A stretch of 64,000 nt of DNA from the human T2T-CHM13v2.0 reference genome, Homo sapiens: assembly GCF_009914755.1 (NCBI RefSeq), contig NC_060926.1; one strand, 5' to 3'. Positions 15,911 to 29,278 of the stretch are shown piece after piece (position 1 is the first letter of the stretch; each line of letters starts with the position of its first letter). Under the pieces are notes generated by a model, which was given only the letters and a program-made list of their open reading frames with translations, searched no databases and was not told where the DNA came from. A program made the translations under genes and the position numbers.

Positions 15911-16932
15911 AAGAAGAAGAAAACAAAAACATTCTATACAGCAAAAAACACCACATAGTGAATATTGTGGCTGTCTCCTCCACATTCTTTCCACCGTCTT
16001 CCCCATTGTGTGGCTGCTATGCAGTTTGTTTGGGGGTAGGTATCCATACCTCCTTACTCTAAATTCCAAGGGTGAGACTTGATTGTTTTAACCTATGGAG
16101 GTAATCTTCTTGCCCTTGCCACAGTGATTGGTTCAAGTAACCCTGATAAAAGCAGTAAATTCATGGCATGCTCCTGATAAAAAAGAATGACATATAATCC
16201 AATTTAGGGTTCTCAATATTGGAGGCTTATTGGATTAAAAATTCCTTGTTCTTTTAAGAGAGCCACTGGAAGTTTCTGCACAATGTAGTGCGGGGATGTG
16301 AAATCTAGAAAAATGGCAGCCATTTAGGCACCATGAGGGAAGTAAGATTTAGGATGGTCTTCTTACCATAAAAGGCAGAGTAGAGGGGAGGAAAGGAAAC
16401 AGACTTCACATTTTTTTAGTCATTGAATCATACTAACCCTGAATCACCTCTGGATTTTCAGCCAGTAAATATTTTCTGAGTTGGGTTTTTGTTACCTGCA
16501 AAATAAAGGGTTCTAACTAATATGAACCAATGAACAAACTCAAAAGACAAACTGGGAAAATATGTGCAATGCAAATGACAAATAGCTAAAATCCCTAAAA
16601 CAAAGAACTACAAATCAATATGAAAAGAAAATAACCTAATTTTTTAAAAGGCAGACTATCTCAATAGTTCATACAAAAGGAAATACAAATAACAACCAAA
16701 CAATATCAATAGATGCTTAAGTTCACTATAAATTAAAGAAAAGTAAATAAGAACAAAGGAAAATGATTTTTCACTTGAAAGGCTGACAAAAATGGAAAGA
16801 AAACATTAATATTACTTAGGGCTGAGAATTCATAGGGAGACAGATTCTCTCATAACCTATTGGAGAAAGTGTAAATTGGTGATTTTCAAAAGAGTAATTA
16901 TATACTTTCTATTAACATTTAAATACTCATAG

Positions 16933-17460
<528 letters not shown>

Positions 17461-19729
17461 TAAAGGATGAAGAAATTCTGTATGTTGCCAATGAAATATA
17501 TTTAAGATAAATTAAGTAAAAAGTAAAACTGTAATATAATACACTATGATTATAATTTTTTGTGACGGTATATACAGATTAAAATAATTAGATAGAATAT
17601 CATCACACTAACTGTTACTAGTGTGATCACTGTTATGATCAGATGTGGGAAATGGGATTAGGGTTCAGTGGGGAAAGCCCTAATTCTGTCGGATACCCAC
17701 ATACTCATACACAATACTCATCTACACACACATTTATCACTACCACCAGGACCACATCCTGCCCATCAGGAATTAAACTGCTACTTTGGTTTCTCACCTG
17801 ACTCTTAACCTGTTGTCAACCTGCTCCCTACTCTGTGGCATGACAAGGGTAGGATGGTACATGTTTGTTGAAAAATTTAAAACCACAATAAAGCAGACTA
17901 AAAGTTGGCTTGCTTTTTTATTATCTACTCTATGTTGGCAATTCTAAACAATGCCAATGGCAAAATAGCCCTCCCAGCAAGGGTACTGCTCTCACAACCC
18001 CCACGTTTGCACATGACTGCCCTTCTGAAAATCTCATTCATTTGACCATGAGTGCCCATGTGCCATTTGCTGGGCTAGGTGCTGCCCATCTTTGCCTCCG
18101 TCTCCAGTGTCCAGACCACCAATGAATTCCCACTTAGCTCCTGAGACGGTTACATGAAAATGCCTTCCCTAAAATCTTGGGAAAAAGCCTAATGGTTGCT
18201 TAAAACTGGCTATCTGAAAAGCCTTTGGCTTGTCAGTCATAGGCCCCTTACAAGTACCCACGGAAAAGATGTTTCCCCAGCAGGCTTCTCTGGAAAAGGG
18301 GATCACTGGAGAGGGCAGGGCCTTACTCCATCAGCTTTAAGAATAAGCACCCCATGGAATAAAAAGAAAGCCATCTACCCAGCATAACCTGAGCCTTGTA
18401 ACAGAGAGGGGAGTGTGTGGGAAGAACAAGAGGCAGATCCAATTAATTACCCTTAGAAGCAAAGGTAAAAGTTGAAGATTACGAGACCCATTTACAGGAG
18501 GAAATAGACCCATCATTGAGCCTAGAGAATGGGAGGATTGTTTAGGGCCAGAAAAGCGTCTCAATGTTCAGATTCCATTCCTTTTCTGGAGCTTTGGAAA
18601 GAGGAAGGTCATAGCTTGGGCTTGGAAGTTACACTTAGCAGTGGGTTCAGACTGGTAGGAGGGGGGTGCTGCTGTCTTGGGTCCGATTCTGGGCCCCCAG
18701 CCGGCCCCCACCCTGAGGAGATAGAAGCTTCTATCTTCTCTAGGGGCTGGCCAAGGAGGGGGTACCCCCTGCAAGAGGCCCATCCATTACCATCACAACA
18801 GCTGATGTCACAGACCCTACAAAGCAGCTGGGGCCCCAAATGCAGAGTAACCCTAACCCCACCAGCGATTGAAACAGATAGAGGGGTAGCTCTCCCACAC
18901 AATGCCTGGCCCTCACTCCTCTCCTCCTCCTCCTTGCACTTCCTCAAGAGCCTTTGTCTTCTGGTCCCTAGGGCCTGTAGCCTCTCTCATTCCCGGCAAA
19001 CTCTGTCCATTAAATTCAAAATGAGGCCTCTGGGGAAAGGGTTTGGCACTTTCTTTCCCTGCCTCCTCTTATCTCCCACCAGCTATTCCCCATCCGCATC
19101 TGCCTGGCAGGCAGATAAGAAGCCCAGCTGTGAGAAAAGGGGCAAGGTGGTGACTGCTTCACATCCTTGCCTGGGCTGTTTTGATTTGCTTTGTTTTTCT
19201 GCCTCAGAGCACCCCACAGGGTTGCTGGTCCCTCTCTGGACAAGGCCTTGGGCCGGAAGTCATAACAGTCAGTGCTGAGGCTGCGGGAAATGTTCTGGGG
19301 TGAGTCAGGTTGTTTGACTGTGACGGCCCAAGTCTCTGTACTGAACTCTGTCATCTCCCCAACGAGTTGGCAGCCTCCGTATTTTCAGGAGTGCAGAGTC
19401 CTCCCGTCCCCACTCAGGACCCCACCATGCTGAGAGAAAGCCAGGAGTAGCGGTTTCACCGATCTTTAGGTGTGACATGGGGTTCAGGGGGAGGCTCCTG
19501 GAGAAGGTGGGTGGCAGACCAGCAGGGCTTGAAAAATCTGTCAGAGCTCTATGAGGCAGGGAGAAGAGTCACTGCTTAGAGCTTCTGGCTTTCCCCCATG
19601 GGGAGAGCTACATGTCCGAAGGGATTTGGTTATTATTCAGTACTTTAGTCATGAATCTTTCATAGACATTGATGAAAGCCATGAACCTTCTTTCCAGAAA
19701 AAAATGGATGGCATGCACACATGCATGCA

Positions 19730-19753
19730 AACACACACACACACACACACACA
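19730..19753. repeat. (CA)n microsatellite
   Basis: About 12 CA units. Confidence 0.9.
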
Positions 19754-21098
19754 TCTGCAAGGGTTCTTGGACACCTGGTTAAGAACTCCCAATAGAAGAA
19801 GGTGTAAGTTTTGGCACCAAAGTAAGAGTAGAGAAGATTCCATGTAGTGTTAAGGATAGGCTGTCCTCAGAGCCAGGCGGCTGGCTGATTTGAAAGGCGT
19901 GTCCCTCTGTTTCATATACAGGTGCTTGGCGGGGATGGCTATCACCAATCCTGAAGTGGACTTGGGGAGAGGATGTCAGGAGGCAGAGAAGCCCTGGACA
20001 CTTTTGTCCAGCGCTCAGCCATGAGGCATGTTGTGGAATTGGAAGGTAGGGAGGAAAAGGCCTTAAATATTGCATGTGCTATTGCTCAGTTTGATACTGG
20101 CTAAGCATTTTGACCTTCCACAGCTCATTTACACTTCACAACAAACCTGTAAATTGGAGACTACCAGTCTGCTTTCATGGATGAGGATGATGATATTTAG
20201 GGAGCTCGTTTAGTAATTGTCAAGGTCAGGGGCTAGTAAGTGGCATTGCAGAGATCAAAGCCCCGGTCTCGGGCATGAAAGCCCAGTTGCAGTAGTCAGA
20301 TTTCTTACTGGAGAAAATTGTTTCTAGTCTATTCCCATTGCTTGTGTGCTAGCCTGGAGGGCAAGCAGGCTGGGTGTTGCTACACTGGCATTGCTGGTCT
20401 TACTTACCATGGTTCCAGATGTGCCTAGGAGGTTCTTCATTACATCCCAGAACATACCAGGCTCATGCCAACATTGTACTCTAATATGGTCTGCACCAAA
20501 AATACTCATTCCTATGACTTAACAAAATTTGACTTGCATTCCTTCAAGGCCCAGCTAATTAACATTCTGCTTCTTCTGAGCTGTCTTTCCTAACCAGACC
20601 CTTTCCTTCACTAGGCCAGGATGACTGTACCCCTCCTGCACTGAGTCTAAAATAGGCTCATCTCTCCCTTTTCTCCAGCCTGGCTTTGTTCTGGATAATC
20701 CTACAACACTCCATCTTGACTGGGAGCCTTTCCTTGGCAGGGCTAGTGTTCAACATTGCGTTCCAAGTTGCCTAGCCCAGTGTTCCACATAACTCAAGCA
20801 TTTCAAAAAGTTCTTCTTGATGATGATGCCAGTGTTAGCTGCATAAGCAGGAAAAAACGTAACCCAGGGGTTAGGGATGTTTCCAAGGCCACAGTACGGC
20901 TCCTTGCCTTGTGTGGAAGGTAGGCTTTCTCTTCCCCACTAGGCTCTCGCCTGCTCTAGTCCTCAGTCCAGCTGAGTGGGGATGCAATGTCAGCCATCCA
21001 GTTCACCAACCACAGCTGCACTGTGCAAAAAGGATGGAAGAACAAAATACCCATGAGACAACACCGTGGCTTTTGAAACAGGTATGTAGGCTTTCTTG

Positions 21099-21104
21099 TT
21101 TAAT
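21099..21104 (-). terminator. Polyadenylation signal ATTAAA of EXOC6B
   Basis: Plus-strand tttaat = ATTAAA on minus. Upstream UGUA (tgtaca 21124-21129) and downstream GU/U-rich element (GGTGTTGTCTCATGGGTATTTTGTT, ~21041-21065). Confidence 0.7.
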
Positions 21105-21341
21105 AGCAGTTAAAAGAGGAAAATGTACAAGAGGAATAAACATGCTCTTTTCACAGAGGAGCTTTCCCCTAACCATGCGGCCCATCTGTATCAGTAGCTT
21201 TACAAGTAAGTTTTAGAGAAAAAAGTTCCCTTTAGAGTTAAAAATGGACTTTCCTAATTTTCTCTATATATGTGCAACTATCTGTGTAAAATAAAAATGC
21301 CATTTCCAACACCTTTGTGAAAAGTAATTGTGAATGCAGGC

Positions 21342-21385
21342 AAAAAAAAAAAAAACAAAAAGGAAGAAGAAGAAGAAGAAGAAGA
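21342..21385. repeat. Poly-A/(GAA)n tract inside the 3'UTR (UUC repeat and U run in mRNA)
   Basis: aaaaaaaaaaaaaacaaaaaggaagaagaagaagaagaagaagag. Confidence 0.85.
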
Positions 21386-24300
21386 GGCAATTGCAGTCAA
21401 GAGAGGAGTCCTGGGAGAAGGGAGGCTAAGGTAGGGGAATTTCTGCAGCAGTTCCTAGAGAGTGTGCTCAGAGGCCTGATGAGGAAGGTCATGGCCAAAG
21501 CCAGTCTTGGGAGATAAAAGGCCGTGGGTCTGGGACTTGCTGAGTAAGCACTTGTCAAGTGTACAGTAAGGCTAGACTGACTTGGAGGACTGGTATGCAA
21601 TGAGAACAGTGGGCAATGCACCCTGGAAGCTCTACATTCCCTTTGCCAACAGGATCTCACTTCCTGGTTCCCATTTTCAGGTCCTGTTCTTCCCTACCTG
21701 CAACAGCTTCATTTATAGCCTGCTCAAAGAGATTTTCCCTATGAATGTTAAAATGATGCAAGCAGCCTATATTACTACTGAAACCTAATAGAGTCCCAAA
21801 CTGAACTGTCCCTTCAGGAATATAGACCTGGTTTCCTCAAGAACTTGGCCAAGGGTTCATCCTGACCAGAAGCCATACAGGCTTCTAGCCATCTGTGTGC
21901 TTGCCCTCTTATTGAGGCCCTCCACGGTACTTCTACATCTCTAGGTATTTGAGGCCATATCTGAGGAGTCTGATGGGTCTGGGCACACATGCTTTGCACA
22001 AGTCCTCTCAAGGGTTGGCCCAGCTACAGGTTATAGACAAAACTAAAAACATCCCACTTTTCTAGTTCAAAAACTTGACATTGCTGGTCCCTGTTTTTAC
22101 CTTCCCTGGCCCACCAAGAGTATGTCTCTACATACAACTCAGTAGCTGCATGTTGTTTTTTGTTAGATAAGGTGAAGGCAGACTAAGAATGGAGAGAAGA
22201 TATATCAAAGGGTCCATCTTTATGTCTTGAGCTTGAATAAGCTTTTCCTTTCATGGGACTTCTGTGCAGAATAACCCCTATTCCTCCACCTTGTTCACTT
22301 TTTCCTGTATAGCACAGTTCTTCCAAGGCAGAGGTTTGAGACCAGACCAGCAATGATGATCCTCTAAAAAGACAAACACTGTGCCATGCTTACACATCTC
22401 TCCATTTCCACTTCAAAGTCTCTCAGCACTTAAAGCTGAAGAGATCTTGCTGCAAACTGGGTACTAGCAAAGAGAAGTGTTTTGAACTCTTCTCAAGCAA
22501 TAGAACTTCAGATTAATATAATCGTTTCTCACTTGTTTCAACAAAGATGAGAGCTTGGCGATGCCATTTTGGCTCCTGCCTTCTCTTGGCTTATCAAGTT
22601 CTGGGTGGCAGTGCTCATCCCTTACCCTCATTCTGAAACCCTGGCCAACCATCCAGCCCTCAGGATGAGCCTCAGCAGCATCTATGAGCTCACATGTAGC
22701 CTGGTCTCTCCAGCTTTGAGGAAATTTGTATGTCTGTGTGCACATCCTCTTCCCCATGACTATCAAGATATGATAGGATATGGTGAGGTAGGGGGGTTGG
22801 GGAGGGGCAAGGAAGTACTTCCCTCCCCAGAAGCAACTCAGTAGCTGACAAAGGTAGTGAAGAATTCTGTTTGATGAGTCTCTCCTCCCATCAATCCAAG
22901 CTGGAAATGCCTGTGTGGCTTATTTGTCATTGTTTGGTGATGCACAATTATACTCTTGCCACTAGCCATCTTTCTGCTACTAGCCAGTAGCATCTTTCTG
23001 AAGTGTCTTAAAGTACAGTTTCCCCCGACTGACCTCATAGCAAAGCCCTTGCGTTAAGTCTCAGGAGTCCATCTGGGTCAATGAGTGCAGCCTCCACGCT
23101 AAGCTGCTCCAGGCTTTAGAGTTTGGAGGACAGGATTATAGGCAATCTTTCTTAGACAAGGCCAAAGATGGCTTTGGGGATCTCAAAAGAGGGTGGGAAC
23201 CTTGGGCTTGAGCAACAAAATAATATCTAGGATATTATTTAGTGAAGGACAGTTGGGCCAGAGGCAACAAGCCACAAGCCATGGTTGGCTCTGTCGACTT
23301 TATGGTAACAATGTCTCCATCCCTAGAGGCATCCAGTCCAGGCATGGCTGCCCCCACAGTGCAGAGCTGGTGACATTTCCTTAAAGATGATAACCAAAAA
23401 GCTGGTTTTAAAACATAAAGGAACAATCCCAACTAATCCTCAGGTTACACCTAAGGGTAAGGTAAAGGCCATTTTTAGGCTTCCGAAATCTGAACTATTT
23501 CAATGGCATTACTGGAGGAGGCTAAGTCTGAAACGCCCTGTGAAGGCCTATGGAAGTAACTGTTGATTTATGTCCTGAACCAAGTGCTCTGACTGTATAA
23601 GTGAAGGAAATGAGATGAACGGGGAAGGGATTGGGTCTCTGATTCCATGAAAACTGGCTTTCAAGATCCAGAAAAACTCTTCGAGTTGAGACTCAACACT
23701 CCTAGAGCTGGGGCAATATGCAGTTAAACATGGGATCCAATTATTACTGCTGTCTACTTAGCTGTATCCTGCCCTAGAAAAATTTGCAGTAAAAGCCTGG
23801 GGTTAGATCAGGCTAAAGAAACCGCCATTCTTGGGGGATTGGAATGAAGCTGTCATCTTGCCATATGCCATGCTTGTTCACAAGCCAGTGAAAGTCAGCA
23901 GACTGAGGAGATGACCCTCCAGAGCTGCCCTTAGTGTACTAAATAGTAATGTTTGCCATGCCCTTTCCTTGTATTGAGAAGAATCAGCCTCATCTATGTG
24001 GTGAATGGGCATCCAAGAGTGAACAGGACATATTTTAGTATCCTTTTGCTTACTCACTCTACCTCCCAGCGCCAGATACCCACTTTTTATGGTTCCTAAG
24101 CCCCAGACCTAAGCTTTAGAGCCATGGATGAAAGGTGGTTCATCACTGTGGAATTGATGATACCACCACCTCTAAGATAACACAGATAGTGTAGTAATAA
24201 CTTCCCCTGAGTCCCAGCCTAGCAACATCTCATGTACTTGCTTATTCTTGTGCCTCTTTTACTATAGGGAAATGTTATGTGAATACTGCACAGGGGTTAA

Positions 24301-24419
24301 TAAAAAAATACATATGCTCTCTTTGAAGAAGAATGCACAAATGCAGGGTCAGCTGGGGCTGGACCCCAGACTGACACAGAGGCTGCAGCAGGTCGCCTCT
24401 GTGGGTCCGGGGTCACCCT

Positions 24420-24546
24420 TCATGAGTGGTGGCTGCTGATGAGTCCTCGGAGCTGCTTGGCCACGGTGTCAATGAGTTTCTGCTTGTCTCGCTCATTTTT
24501 CCGAAACTGTGCAAACATGTTGTTCTTGCGGCTAGTATCCTTCATC
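24420..24546 (-). CDS. EXOC6B: EXOC6B (exocyst complex component 6B / Sec15B) last coding exon
   Basis: Minus strand reads ...ttctctgtttag|G ATG AAG GAT... = (K)MKDTSRKNNMFAQFRKNERDKQKLIDTVAKQLRGLISSHHS-TGA, recognised as the Sec15B C-terminus. Polypyrimidine tract and AG at 24547-24548. 127 nt = 1 nt + 42 codons, in phase with the upstream exon. Confidence 0.96.
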
Positions 24547-25276
24547 CTAAACAGAGAAGGAAAGAAAGAGGGCAACATGTTTGAGGAAACAATGGTGGAA
24601 GGAGAACCTGCAGGAAGCAGGATGGCAATGCATCTTAACCACTACCCAGAGTAATGAGAGAGTCCAGAATATCTCCACTGTCAGGCCCACACTCACCTAC
24701 TCATCAGGAAGCTGGCATTCTGGCACCTATAGCCCTCCCAACTTCAGTCACCTTTGGAAACTGGTCAAGACCCAGTTTTGGAGGGGTCAATCTCCCTACC
24801 CCTTATACCTGCTCCACCTAATTCATTCTCTTCTCTCAGCAGGTATGTACCTGCTGTAGGTGTCTGGGACAGGGAACAGCTCTGCTGGTCAATAAGCCCT
24901 TATAGAATGTCTAGGATCCACTCATTACCTCATGAACCTACTAAATCCTGATAGGACCTTTGAGATAATATTTGAAAGGTAAAGCAGGAAAAGTGTTCTT
25001 AACTAGCAATTCCAACAGAACATGAATAACTGAAGGCCACTGTATATTTCTAAACCTCACTCTAGCTGGCTACTCTATCCTATCCCCAACAAAACTAAGG
25101 GCTTGACTGACCTTTTTCCTTTCGTCTCAGGGTAAAGGCACATAGGTGGTGTGGTGGCTAAGAGAGTAGAGTGCTGAGGAAAGCATGGGCCAAATGGCTG
25201 GGCCATCCTCTCACTCCACAAACCAGAGCTTTTTACATGAGAAGCCTTTGAGTTCTCAATGGCTGTCTGTACCCCT

Positions 25277-25297
25277 GGACCTTTGACCTTTGGGTCA
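25277..25297 (-). promoter_or_regulatory. DR1 nuclear receptor element with a third half-site
   Basis: GGACCT-T-TGACCT (AGGTCA-A-AGGTCC on minus) followed by TT-GGGTCA. Confidence 0.35.
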
Positions 25298-26012
25298 TGC
25301 TAAAGCTTCATAGATGGCATATTCCTAGAACACAAACCATGGGTAATTCTGGCCAGTGGTTCTTTCAGACAGACAGCCCTAACTGGGAAACATGGACAAG
25401 AAAGTCAAGACTAGGCTGAGATGGTCACAGAACCCCCAAGTCTGACTAAGCAACTGTGACAGAATTCAGGAATCTGCTATTCCCTGCAGAGGGCCCACAA
25501 CCTCTGACATCTATTGGTGGCCACTAACTCTTGTCCTAGCTGCTGCACACCAGACCCATATCCCACAGCTAGTTCCAGTGTTAGACAATTGAGAACATGC
25601 CAAGACAGATTTCTCTCTGGGATAGGGGCAGGCCAGTCTTCACCAGAGTTGGGCCAGCCCTCTGACTTCACTGCTCCCTGGGCTGTATGGAGACAGGCTA
25701 GAAGAGAGGAGGGAAGGAACATGGCACCGGGCTATAAATTGCCCCCAGGCTATTTCCCAGGGGACTTTGGGCCAATCCTGCACCATTTTCTCCCCCACTG
25801 TGGGTGGCCCTTTGCAGAGGAGCAGATTAGAGGCCAGTGAGTCAAAAAGCCAGAGATTCCCACAGGGGCATTTATGTTTGGTATATATGATATAAATTTA
25901 CAATATATATATTCCATAAGGGCATTATATATGGCAAAAAGGTTCTAATGAGCACCACAGCTGTATGGCTCTGGCTAACAGTGATAGCCACAAACTAATT
26001 AAGAATTCTTTC

Positions 26013-26316
<304 letters not shown>

Positions 26317-27780
26317 TTATCTCACTAATCTAAGCTCAAGAGCCTTCAGGCTGGAATTACTCATCAAGCAAACTCAGAACATTGAATATAAGGTACGACC
26401 ACCCACATGTGGAGGCCTGTGCTTGGAAGGGAAGAAGAAGGGGAAGTGACTGCGCTAGTTGAAGAGAAAGCACGAGGGTCCTTAAGACTCTGATAATTAC
26501 TGTATTTGTTCCCTAACACACTAGTTGCACAATTACATTTGTAGAACTGGCCTAGTTTTAGATAGTTCCAAAGAAAGATTCCCTTTCCTCCGCTGAGTAT
26601 ACAATATATCTAAACATTAACAACAACAGAAAACAAACAAAAAGAAATGAAGAAAACCACTTCCTATATTCATAGGACATTTAGTTTAATATCCTACATT
26701 ATCATTAATTTCATGACTCCTGGAAGCAGCTGAGAGACAGGCAGCCCGCTGGCTTTTGGCTCCCACAGGGAAGCTCCTGTAATTATCTAGGAGAAAGAGG
26801 GTAGTCTTTGGCCACAAAGGCTAGAATTTCTTGGCCATTAAGACCTGGAGTTGGAACTAGGCACTGTAAAGATAAACTCAAGTACCCTGAGGGCTAGTGG
26901 TGGCCTGCTGGTTTCTACTCAGGAATGCTCCAAAAACAAAAGTCAGCCCTCCCACCTTCCATCCCATTCTGAAAGCCCAATATCCTGTTCTACTTTATTA
27001 ACAGCTATGGCCACCTCTCAATGATGCAGGGGCAACTTCTTTTCCCTCAATGTCTTTAGCAGGTCTTTTGTCTTTCTCTTTCGCCCTGCTAAGAAGGGCC
27101 AGGTTGAAAAGGAGAGTCAAGATCTGATGGTAGAACTGGCTGTGGAAAAGCAGGAATAGGTCAGGTAAAGGGGTCAATTCCTATGAGGCTGGGAGATACG
27201 GATTGTAGTGATCTGGATGCCCTTTGCTCTGCTGTGTTTGGAAGGAAGCTTTTAAACTCTTCTGATTGCTAGGGCTAAGCACATAGTTTCTTTACTGGCC
27301 AACGCTCCAGAATGGTAGGGAGAGGCTAATTATTTTAGACTATTGTTGAGCCATAGGGAGTGGATAAGCCAGTATTTCCTAGATCCAGAGATTCTTGGGA
27401 ACGGAGGAGTAAAGGACTGCTGAGAGATGTAAATAACTGAAGGGAATCCCAGAGCCCATTTGAAGGACACATATGACCATTAAATATGACCATTTAAGCA
27501 CCACCTCAAAGGTCAAAATGTTCCCTTCTTTCAGCTTGGCACCAAGAACTGTGGGATTAAGCCTTGCCTCTAATAAAGGGTCTTCTATAAGAGATGCAGG
27601 TTCTAGATTTTAAAGCCACCAAGAGGTAGGGGAGGCTGCTGAGGAGCTCCCTTCGGTCAGGGCTTTATTTCAGGCCCCACACTAGCAAGAGTATTGAGTG
27701 TGCCAAGAAGCTGAATGGGAACAACCCTTTACCTGGCACAATGGGAGAAAATCCCTGCCGCCACTCCCAGCCCCAAAGGA

Positions 27781-27916
27781 ATTAGTAAGCCAAGGGTCAC
27801 TGTAAGGGCCAAGGATAGAGAAGGCAGCCAGCCAGTTGGCACCAGGCTGGTTTAGTAGATTAGTATGTCAGGGCGGGGACAACTCAGAGGCTAGGGATTT
27901 TAGTGTAGTCATTAGT
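27781..27916 (-). promoter_or_regulatory. QKI-type ACUAAU intronic splicing elements downstream of the microexon
   Basis: Plus-strand attagt at 27781-27786, 27859-27864 and 27911-27916 (ACUAAU in pre-mRNA), plus ACUAAA at 27851-27856 and 27899-27904. Confidence 0.55.
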
Positions 27917-27984
27917 GTCAATGAGGAAACCAGAAGGACTTGCCTCAAAGTGATGGAAAAGGCCCAAGTGAATAATATACTTAC

Positions 27985-27996
27985 TCTCTAGATATC
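27985..27996 (-). CDS. EXOC6B: Candidate 12-nt alternative microexon of EXOC6B (inserts ISRE)
   Basis: ttctctctcccactgaccttccgccctag|GATATCTAGAGA|gtaagt: pyrimidine-rich acceptor and consensus GTAAGT donor. Frame-preserving in phase 2: AA+G ATA TCT AGA GA+G gives LLEK-ISRE-MKDT with no stop. Confidence 0.72.
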
Positions 27997-29165
27997 CTAG
28001 GGCGGAAGGTCAGTGGGAGAGAGAACCATGGGAAACAAAGTTAAAATGGAAACATCAATCTCTGACGTGGTCAGGAGAAAACTGCAGTCTGAGTTTTTAG
28101 TCTCTTGGCTCCAAATACATACACCTGCATCATGCTCTTGCCTACCCTTCATCTCTTCCCCTTTTCTCCCCCTTTCATATTACATAGTAAGAAGGATAGA
28201 CTTTGACCTCTCCTTCTGCTTAAGGCTCCACTCTGACTTCCTGGACTCTGAGCCTTGTCTTCCTAGGATTTGAGACATGGTTGACTGGCCATATATGTAG
28301 ACTTCCTACACTGCCTAGATGCAGGGCATTCTTCCAAGTAGCTGGGGCTTAACTAGTTTCTCAGATTTCAAGAGAAACCTGCCTTTTTATATGGGTCTTG
28401 GTCTCTGACCTGCCAGCTCTCTAATAGATTAGCAAAGCCAGAGCCAGGCTGTAATACATAGCATTTCCCAGCTTCTGGGTGACATATTTGTTAGCCCTGA
28501 GATTTCCTGGAGCTGCCTAACTTACTTTCAGTGGTAGCACCTCTGCTTCAGAGAGGCTACAGCTCTGTGGCAGGGAACCCTCTGCAGGCTAGTGACTGCT
28601 TAAGGCAAGAATTAGACACCTTCTCCAACACAGCTTTGTTGGGATAGTCAGCACAATAAAGCTCAGTCTGGCAGGGGGTGGGAGCTGGGAACAGATGAAG
28701 GTTTCAATAATTCTAAATAATTTCCAGGGATTCTCTACTAGGAACCAGAGAAACCATCTGTTCTGTGGAGTTGCACTATCCATCATCATACCCCAGGTGA
28801 CTAGGGCAGCCTCATTCTGTTCACCAGGCTGGCCTGAGCCCCAAACCGAGCCATTTTTTTTTCTCTTGCCATATCTAGTAAGAGACGCTAGTAAGAGACC
28901 CATTAAACTAGAAGGTAATGTCAGAATCCAATTCTGATCCATACTTGGCCTGGCTTGTTGGGGGCTCAGGAATTAATAAGCCACAGGAGGAAGACTGGCC
29001 TGCCAAGTCCAGTGACTGAGATTGCTGACAGCACCCAGGGCCTATGGCAACTTCCAGAACAAGGCTATCTTTCAAGGTATTGGCAGTGGCAAAATTATCT
29101 TCTACGCCAACCCCCAATCCCTGTCTCCCCACCTCCCAACACAGACCATTGGACAAGGTACTCAC

Positions 29166-29278
29166 TTCTCAAGCAGGGTCAGAGCAGTCACTGGGTTTAC
29201 CCGGAGGTACTTGCAGTTGGGCTGACCATAGTCAGCAAGGTAGGTTGACCAATCCCACTGGATGAAAAGATCCAAAAG
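29166..29278 (-). CDS. EXOC6B: EXOC6B penultimate coding exon (113 nt)
   Basis: ttttacag|CTTTTGGAT...CTTGAGAA|gtgagt translates LLDLFIQWDWSTYLADYGQPNCKYLRVNPVTALTLLE+AA, the conserved Sec15 C-terminal motif. Canonical splice sites; the phase-2 end joins the G of the last exon to give Lys. Confidence 0.96.

Larger units (their letters stand above)
21075..24419 (-). other. EXOC6B: EXOC6B 3'UTR (~3.3 kb; distal end approximate)
   Basis: Repeat-poor unique sequence from the stop codon to the ATTAAA/GU-rich cassette. I saw no minus-strand AATAAA in between. Confidence 0.7.

Noticed and set aside
18529-19278. Longest ORF in the track (249 aa, plus strand)
   Set aside because: No recognisable domain, Ser/Pro/Leu/Cys-rich composition typical of GC-rich non-coding DNA, and overlapping antisense ORFs of similar character.
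24439-24654. Plus-strand ORF over the last exon (likewise ORFs at 28955-29265)
   Set aside because: Antisense shadows of the real minus-strand EXOC6B exons.
27471-27497. ATATGACCATT(T)AA tandem duplication with nearby CAAAGGTCA
   Set aside because: Two-copy micro-duplication; half-site spacing does not fit a standard nuclear-receptor element.
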